In this document: one piece after another, positions 1 to 8,988 of the stretch
Layout: each line of letters begins with the position of its first letter
Numbering within the stretch: position 1 is the first letter of the stretch
Source: Promethearchaeota archaeon
GTDB taxonomy: Archaea; Asgardarchaeota; Lokiarchaeia; Sigyniarchaeales; SOKP01
DNA: 14,510 bases
NCBI GenBank assembly: GCA_048941285.1
Contig: JBHLNS010000068.1
Location: 1 to 14,510, forward strand
Direction of reading: 5' to 3'
Translations under genes and position numbers: made by a program
The notes under the pieces: model-generated
What the model was told of the DNA's origin: nothing
The model's database searches: none
Seen by the model: the letters and a program-made list of their open reading frames with translations, nothing else

Positions 1-87
1 CCGAAGTTTAAAACCGAAGGGTTCACAAAATTACTCACCAAAGGTGATAAATGCTGTCGATACAGGGTTGAGTTGGAAGAAGATTAA
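1..87 (+). CDS. 3' end of a gene cut by the window edge; probable L-2-amino-thiazoline-4-carboxylic acid (ATC) hydrolase / V4R-like family protein
   Basis: Frame +1 reads PKFKTEGFTKLLTKGDKCCRYRVELEED* with TAA at 85-87. The 'TKLLTKGDKCCRY' tail resembles the C-terminal 'TL..GD..C.F.' motif of ATC-hydrolase/V4R-like proteins. Only 28 residues are visible. Confidence 0.5.
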   Translation, partial: PKFKTEGFTKLLTKGDKCCRYRVELEED

Positions 88-239
88 ATTTTTAGCAAGA
101 ATGCTTATATTTATTATTCAGAAACAAGTATGAAAAATATTCCACCTGCTCGGAGATTTATATCAACAATTTTTCTCATACAAAGAAACCTTTAAATGAT
201 AATCTGTAGTTGATCACCACAAGTAATTTGCTACTAATT

Positions 240-331
240 ATTAAGATTTTCAATTCTATCAAGGGAATCATAACCCACTATTAAATTTGACTATAAATAA
301 AACAGTAATTTTAAGTTTTAAAAATAAATTC
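240..331 (+). repeat. ~92-bp intergenic direct repeat, copy 1
   Basis: Aligns without gaps to 1837-1928: 78/92 identical by hand count (59/66 over the first 66 nt). Perfect blocks are TCAAGGGAATCATAAC (16 nt) and TGACTATAAATAAAACAG (18 nt). Confidence 0.92.
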
Positions 332-501
332 TAAGAAATTGATAATTATTAGTCTACAAGAAGAAAACAAAAAAGGAGATTTTTTTTTGATATAATTTCG
401 GAATTGTTGTGAGTTTTCTCGAAGAAAAATAATTTTAAATAAAGAAGCAAAAAGATTAAAATTATAATTATTAATACGTATGTGTGGGCTGAGTCGTAAA
501 A

Positions 502-1716
502 ATGATGTGGACGATTAAGAAAGGATATTACAGATTAGTACAATTGTTTGTAATTTCATTTTCTCATCAAATGACTAAGGGAAAACCAAAAGTGCTAGCT
601 GGACCAGGTAATATAAAGAATCTTTATAAAGAACTAAAAAGTGAAGGTGTTGGTAAACCCTTAATCGTAACAGATAAAGGAATAATAAAAATCAAGTTAC
701 TAGATGGTATGCTTCAAACTTTCGAAGAAAACAACATTGAATATATTGTGTTCGACGATGTTGCACCCAATCCTACAATTAACATGGTGGAAACTGCGAA
801 AGATACATATCTCGAAAATAATTGTGATTGTATGATAGGATTTGGTGGAGGGTCTCCAATAGATTGTGCAAAAATTGCTTTAGGGCTTGCTGCAAAACCA
901 GGAAAGACAGTAAAAGATCTGGGGATGTTTTTTGCTATTAAAGGTGTTGTACCTCCATTTTTTGCAGTTCCTACTACTGCTGGAACTGGTACTGAGACCA
1001 ACTTTGGCGCCATTATTACAGATTCTGATAACCGATGTAAGTTTGCTATAGCATCTAAAAAATTATTAGCAAAATGCGTTGTATTAGATCCAGAGTTATC
1101 TTTAGGATTGCCACCTCAAATAACTGCAGCAACAGGTATGGATGCATTAACTCACGCAGTCGAATCGTACATAAACATTGTAGGCGGCGATTTTGGTAAT
1201 GAAAATGCAATAAAAGCGGTAAAAATAATTTTTGAACATCTAGCAAGTCTGTATGAAAATGGAAATCAAATAGAAGCCAGAGAAGAAATGACTAAAGCAG
1301 CTTATTATGCAGGATTGGCAATGAATGTAGGACTTCTTGGTTATGCTCACGCCATTGCTCACAAATTAGGAGGAATGTATAATATTTCTCATGGTCTAGC
1401 CAATGCAGTCATATTACCCCATGTTTTGGACTATTATGGAGAAAAAGTGTACAAAAAGCTTTCAAAATTAGCCATCGCTGCTAGAATTGGGGACGAAACT
1501 GAGTCAAAAAGAACTCTAGCGGAGCGGTTTATACAAGCTATCCGCAACATGAATGAAAAAATGAATATCCCTTCATCTATAAAAGAAATTACTGACGATG
1601 ATATCGATATTATCGCAAAAGCTGCATATAAAGAAACACATCCAATGTACCCGGTTCCTAAGTTTATGAAATTGGAGGACCTAAGAGAAATAATTGCAAA
1701 ATTAAAATCTTGTTAA
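502..1716 (+). CDS. Iron-containing (class III) alcohol dehydrogenase
   Basis: Motifs IVTD, NPT, GGGSPIDCAK (NAD-binding GGGS), PTTAGTGTE, and metal ligands in DALTHAVE, HAIAH and ISHGLANA. Start is ATG 502 or 505. Substrate cannot be determined. Confidence 0.95.
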   Translation: MMWTIKKGYYRLVQLFVISFSHQMTKGKPKVLAGPGNIKNLYKELKSEGVGKPLIVTDKGIIKIKLLDGMLQTFEENNIEYIVFDDVAPNPTINMVETAKDTYLENNCDCMIGFGGGSPIDCAKIALGLAAKPGKTVKDLGMFFAIKGVVPPFFAVPTTAGTGTETNFGAIITDSDNRCKFAIASKKLLAKCVVLDPELSLGLPPQITAATGMDALTHAVESYINIVGGDFGNENAIKAVKIIFEHLASLYENGNQIEAREEMTKAAYYAGLAMNVGLLGYAHAIAHKLGGMYNISHGLANAVILPHVLDYYGEKVYKKLSKLAIAARIGDETESKRTLAERFIQAIRNMNEKMNIPSSIKEITDDDIDIIAKAAYKETHPMYPVPKFMKLEDLREIIAKLKSC

Positions 1717-1836
1717 TTTTAAAAGATAAATTCCCTATCCCATATAAAAAATAAAATATCGCTCGGTTATCATGGAAAGATTTTAGTAATTAATTTATTT
1801 GAATCAAAATTGGCGAATTGAGAGACTCCCAGACCG

Positions 1837-1928
1837 ATTAAGATTATCAAGTCTGTCAAGGGAATCATAACGCACCATTAAACATGACTATAAATAAAAC
1901 AGAAACTTCTAATTTGAAAAGTAAATTC
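1837..1928 (+). repeat. ~92-bp intergenic direct repeat, copy 2
   Basis: Same orientation as 240-331, 78/92 identical. Starts 121 bp after the ADH stop and ends where VapC homology begins. Confidence 0.92.
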
Positions 1929-2226
1929 AAACTAATACAGTCGTAATGATGGAAGTAATGCATTATATAGTCAATAGACAGGGACCTGAAATAGCTAAAG
2001 AGAAATGGGAATTATTTTCATCAATAGATTTTGTTGTGGGAAATTTAGAATTTGAAGATCTAGACCTCATTTTCTCAACATTTCGTAAGTATTCATACAC
2101 TGGGATAGGGGGAAGGATGCAATGATCTTATCAATTTTAGAGACTAATCATATCCAGAAGATTTGTACTCATGATAATGCATTTAAAAAAATACCAAACC
2201 TAGAAATAATCGATACTATAACATAG
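1925..2226 (+). pseudogene. vapC: PIN-domain (VapC-type) toxin remnant, 5'-truncated and frameshifted
   Basis: From 1925 one frame reads IQTNTVVMMEVMHYIVNRQGPEIAKEKWELFSSIDFVVGNLEFEDLDLIFSTFRKYSYTGIGG. After a shift at ~2108-2116 a second frame reads DAMILSILETNHIQKICTHDNAFKKIPNLEIIDTIT* (TAG 2224-2226). The PIN hallmarks E, (G)xDA and THD..F are present. The N-terminal 'D(S/T)N' strand is absent and an in-frame TAA sits at 1922-1924. Confidence 0.8.
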
Positions 2227-2306
2227 TAAATTACCTCGTTATATATTTTTAATATATATTCCTTAGTGATCATATAATCAAAAATAAATAATACAATAGG
2301 TTTAAA

Positions 2307-2624
2307 ATGATTGCTAGAATCTGGCATGGTTGGACCTCAATTGAGAGTGCTGAGACTTATGAGGATTTACTGAGAAATGAAATATTTCCATCCATTGAAA
2401 ATAGAAACATAAAGGGATATAGAAAAATAAGTCTTTTAAAGCGTTCTTTGGAAAATGAAGTTGAATTTATTACAATAATGATATTTGATAATTTGAGTGC
2501 TGTAAAAAAATTTGCTGGAGAAGAGTATGAAAAATCTTATGTCCCTCCAAAAGCACAAGATGTTCTTTTAAGACACGATAAGTACTCGCAACATTACGAA
2601 ATAGTAAATGAATATTATTATTAA
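2307..2624 (+). CDS. Antibiotic biosynthesis monooxygenase (ABM)-like dimeric alpha/beta-barrel protein
   Basis: 105 aa beginning MIARIWHGWT and containing EFITIMIFD..SAVKKFAGEEYE.SYVP and HYE, typical of this small ABM/Dabb family. A second, collinear copy at 4184 supports coding status. Confidence 0.85.
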   Translation: MIARIWHGWTSIESAETYEDLLRNEIFPSIENRNIKGYRKISLLKRSLENEVEFITIMIFDNLSAVKKFAGEEYEKSYVPPKAQDVLLRHDKYSQHYEIVNEYYY

Positions 2625-2673
2625 TACATATTTTTGTATCATAAAAAGGACATTACTCTTTAAATTATATTTT

Positions 2674-4047
<1,374 letters not shown>

Positions 4048-4183
4048 TCAGCAATTCAATTTTAATTTAATATTAGGTCTTATTTTAGTCTTATTTTGAT
4101 TGATTAAACAGGAGAATTAAAGAGTTAATAATTGCTTGTATTTATCTACTAATAAATGAAAGAAAAATATAAAGGTTTGAAAA

Positions 4184-4501
4184 ATGATAGCAAGAATTTG
4201 GCTGGGTTAGACTTAATTTAAAAACGCTGATATATATGAAGTTTTACTGAGAAATGAAATATTTCCATCTATAGCAAATAAAAACATCAAAGGATATCGA
4301 AAAATAAGCCTTTTAAGACGTCCATTGGAAAAAGAAGTTGAATTTATTACTTTAATGGTATTTGATGATTTAAATGCTGTAAAAGAATTTGCAGGCAACC
4401 AGTACGAAAGATCATATGTTCCACAGAAAGCAAAAGATATCCTTTTAAGGCATGATAAATTCTCACAGCATTATGAGATTGTTGATGAATTCAGTTACTA
4501 A
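4184..4501 (+). pseudogene. Pseudogenised paralog of the ABM-like gene at 2307-2624
   Basis: Reads MIARIWLG*T*FKNADIYEVLLRNEIFPSIANKNIKGYRKISLLRRPLEKEVEFITLMVFDDLNAVKEFAGNQYERSYVPQKAKDILLRHDKFSQHYEIVDEFSY*. Same length (318 nt) and 76/105 identical residues by hand count. In-frame stops are TAG 4208-4210 (TGG in paralog) and TAA 4214-4216 (TCA in paralog). Confidence 0.93.
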
Positions 4502-4690
4502 TTAACTATTTTTTATTTATAGTTTCTTTAAATTCAGACTGCACTATTTTTCTCACAAGATGATACGATATTGGCTTATTTATTGAAAATTTAATTGAAC
4601 CTTCTAAGCTGCAAAACAAATGAAGAATGAACTGACAACACATTCACATTGCTTAAGATATTTCAAATTGAACATTCTTTAGTGGGAACT

Positions 4691-4734
4691 TTTATATATA
4701 AATTTTGTATAATGCATTTTAATTGAAGAGGGAG
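4691..4734 (+). promoter_or_regulatory. Putative TATA box (TTTATATA 4691-4698) and Shine-Dalgarno-like GAGGGAG (4728-4734) upstream of the 4740 ORF
   Basis: Consensus-like archaeal TATA box and a purine-rich RBS 5-8 nt before GTG 4740 / ATG 4743. The AT-rich background makes chance TATA matches common. Confidence 0.4.
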
Positions 4735-4739
4735 TTATA

Positions 4740-4961
4740 GTGATGAGAAAAATAATAGTTAAACTATTTTCATTTAGTATTTGCTATTCATTTTTTAATA
4801 TCCCCATTTCAATTAAAGAAATTGAATACGCTTCTAATTTTATCGAAATTGGGGCAATAACGCCATGGACTGATATCATTTATATGCGCTTTATTGAGAA
4901 TGATTTGGCTTTCCTCGTGCAAATTAATCGAAGCTATTTATACAATATTCATTCTCTGTAA
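4740..4961 (+). CDS. Short hypothetical ORF, possibly the truncated N-terminus of a secreted protein
   Basis: 73 aa with a basic then hydrophobic N-terminus (MRKIIVKLFSFSICYSFF), plus RBS-like and TATA-like elements upstream. No recognisable complete domain. Confidence 0.3.
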   Translation: MMRKIIVKLFSFSICYSFFNIPISIKEIEYASNFIEIGAITPWTDIIYMRFIENDLAFLVQINRSYLYNIHSL

Positions 4962-5197
4962 TCTGTTTATAGGATCATTAATTCTCTTATAGTATATAAA
5001 GAAAAAAAAATTATTGTTAACTGAAAAAAGATTACCAACCTATAATTTATATTTTTGAGAAAAAGTAAATTTAGAATAATTTTTTTTTTGATACTTTTTT
5101 TATTTAATTAATTATACTGGGTGAAATTCTCATAAATAGCGTTGAAAATGAAAAGGGAAATAAGGTAATCATATCAAAAAGATTAGAATTTAATTGG

Positions 5198-6244
5198 ATG
5201 GATAAGAGCTATTTCTTTTCAAAGCATTCTACTATACTTTTCTTTCTTGGTGCCCCTCTAATAAGTTTTTTTATCTATTTATTTCTTAATATGAGTATTA
5301 ATAGATGGGTGACGGTGTCGTTTATCAAACAAGTAAGTTATTTTATGGAACTAATCTTTAATTTTAAAGCGACAATAATTATCACTTCTGATCAAATAAT
5401 CATAAATTTACCTAATCCTTTGCTTTCTGGGAGTGTACTTCCAGTTTGTTATGGAGCTCAAATGATAAGTATTTTTATTGGTATTATACTGGTGACCCCT
5501 TCTTCACATAATTATAATCCAAAATTGAATATAGTTAGGAGAAAAATTATAATCATCATATTAACAATCATATCAACATATTTATTATATCTTCTCAGAA
5601 TGGTCTTGATGCTAGGTTTTGCACAATATGGGATACCAATGCATGTAATCCATGATTCCTCTTATTATTTTGTGACTTTAATCTCTTTTATAGTAATTCT
5701 TTACATTTTTCGTAAAATTCTACCCGAATTTATTGTTTTTTTACATTATATCGGCTATTCAATTTCTAACCGAAAAATTTGCAATTCAACAACTGAAAAA
5801 GTAAATCCAAAGAAACGGAATAATTTGATTATAGAATTAACTGTGGTAAAGAAAGAAATATATTATCCATTCCTAGGAGTAACGGTTTGTACTTCAATTC
5901 TTTATATAGTTAGCTTATTTTTATATCTTTATGGAAATCAGTTTTTTCATATAAATATTAATCTTTACGAAATTATTCTTCCATTATTACTAGCTTTATA
6001 TTTTCTAATAAGACAATATTTATTAGATATATTTAAGAAGTCATCTAACCTAAAATTAATAATTTCAGTTTTTGTTCTCGTTTTAATTATTGTTTTGCTT
6101 CTTTTTGTTTTAATTTCAATACAATTCCTAATAAATGATATTTTAAATATTATAACTATTGTTATCTACTATTTTTCGGTCATTATTATTCATTTTTTCT
6201 TTCGTGAAGAAGTTAAAAATTATCTCTTAATTGAAAGAATATAA
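5198..6244 (+). CDS. Exosortase/archaeosortase-family membrane transpeptidase with an additional C-terminal multi-TM extension
   Basis: Multi-pass membrane protein with the family triad in order and context: Cys84 (PVCYG, cf. ACSG/ACTG) before a TM ending 'ILVTP', Arg134 (YLLR, cf. NxxR) and His152 (IHD). The next gene has a matching C-terminal sorting signal. Confidence 0.8.
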   Translation: MDKSYFFSKHSTILFFLGAPLISFFIYLFLNMSINRWVTVSFIKQVSYFMELIFNFKATIIITSDQIIINLPNPLLSGSVLPVCYGAQMISIFIGIILVTPSSHNYNPKLNIVRRKIIIIILTIISTYLLYLLRMVLMLGFAQYGIPMHVIHDSSYYFVTLISFIVILYIFRKILPEFIVFLHYIGYSISNRKICNSTTEKVNPKKRNNLIIELTVVKKEIYYPFLGVTVCTSILYIVSLFLYLYGNQFFHININLYEIILPLLLALYFLIRQYLLDIFKKSSNLKLIISVFVLVLIIVLLLFVLISIQFLINDILNIITIVIYYFSVIIIHFFFREEVKNYLLIERI

Positions 6245-6402
6245 AAGATGTTTCTAATTTGATGATTTTTCATAACGCAAAAAGCTCATGTGTAACATTA
6301 AAGAGCTAACAACTACTAATATTTATTTTCCAAAAGATATAAAAATATGATATGGAATAATTATATTTAACAAAATTTTTTTCATTTTAAAGGTTAGAAA
6401 CG

Positions 6403-7728
6403 ATGAGACAAAATAAATTAAAAATTCTAATTATTCCAATTATAATAATTAATCTTATGGTCTGTAGCATATATTCAATTGCTAATCCCCCAATGAATAA
6501 TGTTGTTATTGATGGTGTTATTAATGAAAATGAATGGAGTGGTGCTGATTGGAAAATTAATTTCTATTTAGATGTAGATAATAAACCAGATTATAATGGA
6601 AAAATTAATGTAGATGGGGAGAATGTATTATATATAGGAGAAGATCTAAGTAATCTCTATTTAGCCCTTGATCTGTGCAGTGATCGATCTGACAATGAAA
6701 CCAATGAATGGGTTGGTGTTTGGTTAAATACAGCAAATAGAACATTTGATAATTTTGTTGATTGGGTTACTTTTTTTGATAATGGAGTAGAAACATTGCT
6801 ACATAATGTCGAGGAGAATCTACCTTGGGAGTACTATTTAGAAGACATTGCTTTGTATACTGAACATTTAAATGATGATACTGAGATTATCCCTACTTAT
6901 GGAAAAGTTGAAGGTGATTCTGATATATTAAAATATTGGTGGACAGTAGATGTTGTAAATATTTCTTCAGAAACGGTGGGAGTTGATGATATTTACTGGG
7001 TAAATTTCTCTGTAGACCTCTCTAAATGGTATCCATATCCGGATGAAGTAAACGCAATCCAGAGAATACAAATAAGAGTGGGAACTGAACATAGTATTGT
7101 TATAAATGAATTTAAACTTATATTATGGGATAGTGATGGTACATTACCCCTATTAAACGATCCTCGACAAGTAATCTCCTTGAATAATCAAAATTTCTAT
7201 ATGTTAGAACTTTTTGATTATGACTTAGCTAATCTTACTGTTGATAATAAACTCCAATTTAGTTTGTTTGCGAATAATTCGGCTCCCTTTTTGACTCGAT
7301 TAGACAGACTCGATTTTAATGTATATAGAAATTATACTAATTGGGCAGGACAAGTAATGGTTCCATATTCTACCATAAAATCATACCAACTCGATTGGAG
7401 TTTTGGATCTAGCCCTAATAATGCAACTGATCATAGGATGTTTGAATTTTCTATACCAAAGGCAGAACTTGGGTATTATGACTCAAATAAAGAGATCGGA
7501 ATCATAGTCGGAGGTTATGGTACTTTGGGCTATATAAATGGCTCAAATTTCTGGGTATTTTCGACAATTGATTATTGGCAACGTGTAGAAAATAGTTCAT
7601 ACTATAAATACTATGACATGAAGGGAGTTAATATATCTCCCGGAGTTATTTCGGGATATCCAATAATTATTTTAATTGGAATTACTAGTGTATGTTCTGT
7701 AATACTATTAAAGAAGAAATTTAAATAA
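6403..7728 (+). CDS. Secreted surface protein with a DOMON/CBM9-like beta-sandwich and a Loki-CTERM-like C-terminal sorting/anchor signal
   Basis: N-terminal signal peptide (MRQNKLKILIIPIIIINLMVCS). DOMON/CBM9-like motifs VIDGVINENEW, DLSNLYLAL and MFEFSIP..EL. Many NxS/T sequons. C-terminus VISGYP + hydrophobic helix + KKKFK (7645-7728). Confidence 0.8.
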   Translation: MRQNKLKILIIPIIIINLMVCSIYSIANPPMNNVVIDGVINENEWSGADWKINFYLDVDNKPDYNGKINVDGENVLYIGEDLSNLYLALDLCSDRSDNETNEWVGVWLNTANRTFDNFVDWVTFFDNGVETLLHNVEENLPWEYYLEDIALYTEHLNDDTEIIPTYGKVEGDSDILKYWWTVDVVNISSETVGVDDIYWVNFSVDLSKWYPYPDEVNAIQRIQIRVGTEHSIVINEFKLILWDSDGTLPLLNDPRQVISLNNQNFYMLELFDYDLANLTVDNKLQFSLFANNSAPFLTRLDRLDFNVYRNYTNWAGQVMVPYSTIKSYQLDWSFGSSPNNATDHRMFEFSIPKAELGYYDSNKEIGIIVGGYGTLGYINGSNFWVFSTIDYWQRVENSSYYKYYDMKGVNISPGVISGYPIIILIGITSVCSVILLKKKFK

Positions 7729-7916
7729 TTTACTTTGGAAAAAAAAATTAACTCATTTTTTTATTTAATTCTGAGTTTGATCTTGATTGTTCAATGCAAC
7801 AAATTTTTTTTGAAATAAAATTAAAAATGTTTGACAAATTTATTTTGCATTATAAAAAGATTTATTTGAGGGTGTTAAGATCCTAAATACATCTAATATT
7901 GTATTTATATAATAAT

Positions 7917-8960
7917 ATGTTGCGTAAAGGGTCTGAATTTCTCTTAGGATTATTTTTTTCTGATGATAAAACAATAGTATATGATAATATCAAATTATCT
8001 ATTGAGTTGCCCGAAGAAGCAATTCGAAAATTAAAGAGTATGTCACTAAAATTTCTGGGACCCTTATTTATGACAAGAAATTTGTATAATCAAAAGGGAT
8101 GGAAAATTGATTATATCGAGACATCATTAACCCCCCAAAGGAGAATGACAGTTGATGATACTCTAATGCAATCTTTTACTTGTCTAAGCTCAACAAAAAA
8201 AACAGCTGAATTAATAACAAATCTCTTTAGCTTTATAGGTTCACCATATACAGAAGATTTAACAATGATATATGAAAAATTAGATAAATTTATTCATCCA
8301 AGTATTATTCAAGGAAAATTGGTTTCTCAAGCTATTTATGGTGCCAATTTTAAATTTGATCTGTTTATCGAGGATGCTTTAAAAAGAGGGGTTGATTTAA
8401 TTGAACATACTCTAGGATCTCCTAGAAGAATTTATTGGGAAGAGAAAATTTCATATTCTGTTGTAGGTGTAATTAAGAGAACTAAACAAAATGGGATATT
8501 TGAGTCTAATCTCTATACATTTGATTTAGATGATAAATTCAGAAAAGAAGCGTTAGAACAAATCCCTTCATATTATTTTATGGGTATTTTGCCCGATTAT
8601 TATGAACAAATGATGAATGGAACATTAGAATTATTCGGGAAAAATGGACTAAATACCAATATTATTAAATTAAAGGTTAGTAATCCCAAAAAGGTGGTGT
8701 TATATCTCGAAGAATTTGTAATTAAAGCTGAGAGTAAAACGAGTTATGGTTTAATTTTGATACCGAGTAATGAAAAAATAAAGGAAGCACACGATTTATC
8801 ATTCTATAAAAAAAATCTGAGATATATCTTAAATAAAAATAAAGATTTTGAAAGAGCTGTTATTGAGTTAAATTCAAGGATAAATCCATTTGAGAGTTGG
8901 GATTTAAAATCTGATGATTCTCTCAAAAATATCGAGAGAGATCTTGATAGTACATTATAA
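7917..8960 (+). CDS. Hypothetical cytoplasmic protein (~347 aa); possible longin/DENN-like fold in the C-terminal half
   Basis: Long open frame in AT-rich DNA with globular composition. ATG 7917 is preferred over TTG 7899, but the start is uncertain. The fold idea is a pattern impression only. Confidence 0.75.
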   Translation: MLRKGSEFLLGLFFSDDKTIVYDNIKLSIELPEEAIRKLKSMSLKFLGPLFMTRNLYNQKGWKIDYIETSLTPQRRMTVDDTLMQSFTCLSSTKKTAELITNLFSFIGSPYTEDLTMIYEKLDKFIHPSIIQGKLVSQAIYGANFKFDLFIEDALKRGVDLIEHTLGSPRRIYWEEKISYSVVGVIKRTKQNGIFESNLYTFDLDDKFRKEALEQIPSYYFMGILPDYYEQMMNGTLELFGKNGLNTNIIKLKVSNPKKVVLYLEEFVIKAESKTSYGLILIPSNEKIKEAHDLSFYKKNLRYILNKNKDFERAVIELNSRINPFESWDLKSDDSLKNIERDLDSTL

Positions 8961-8988
8961 TAAATATTTTTCGAAGGTCATAAGAAAA

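Noticed and set aside
714-1246. Minus-strand ORFs 714-1013 and 1055-1246
   Set aside because: Antisense shadows of the well-supported ADH with no motifs.
240-1928. Repeat pair as a diversity-generating retroelement TR/VR (9 of 14 mismatches are at A of copy 1 on the minus strand)
   Set aside because: Five mismatches are at non-A positions, neither copy lies at the 3' end of a target gene, no reverse transcriptase is in the window, and AT-rich drift explains the bias.
240-1928. CRISPR array or IS terminal inverted repeats
   Set aside because: Only two copies, 92 bp long and 1.6 kb apart, in direct rather than inverted orientation. No spacers, cas genes or transposase.
1864-1950. ATCATAACG ... 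CGTAATGAT as integron attC R''/R' boxes
   Set aside because: The right box lacks the invariant GTT, the inner arms are not complementary, it lies inside vapC-derived sequence, and copy 1 has no counterpart.
4208-4216. Stop-codon recoding (pyrrolysine or alternative genetic code) in the second ABM copy
   Set aside because: Two different stops (TAG and TAA), each one substitution from the paralog's TGG and TCA. TAA and TAG terminate other genes in the window.
4502-4690. Possible ncRNA or IS remnant in the gap after the ABM pseudogene
   Set aside because: No stable hairpin, terminal repeat, tRNA-like fold or recognisable translated motif was seen on either strand.
8914-8988. 47-nt overlap between the two hypothetical genes (start 8914)
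   Set aside because: ATG 8989 gives a normal 28-nt gap; the longer start is likely a longest-ORF artefact.
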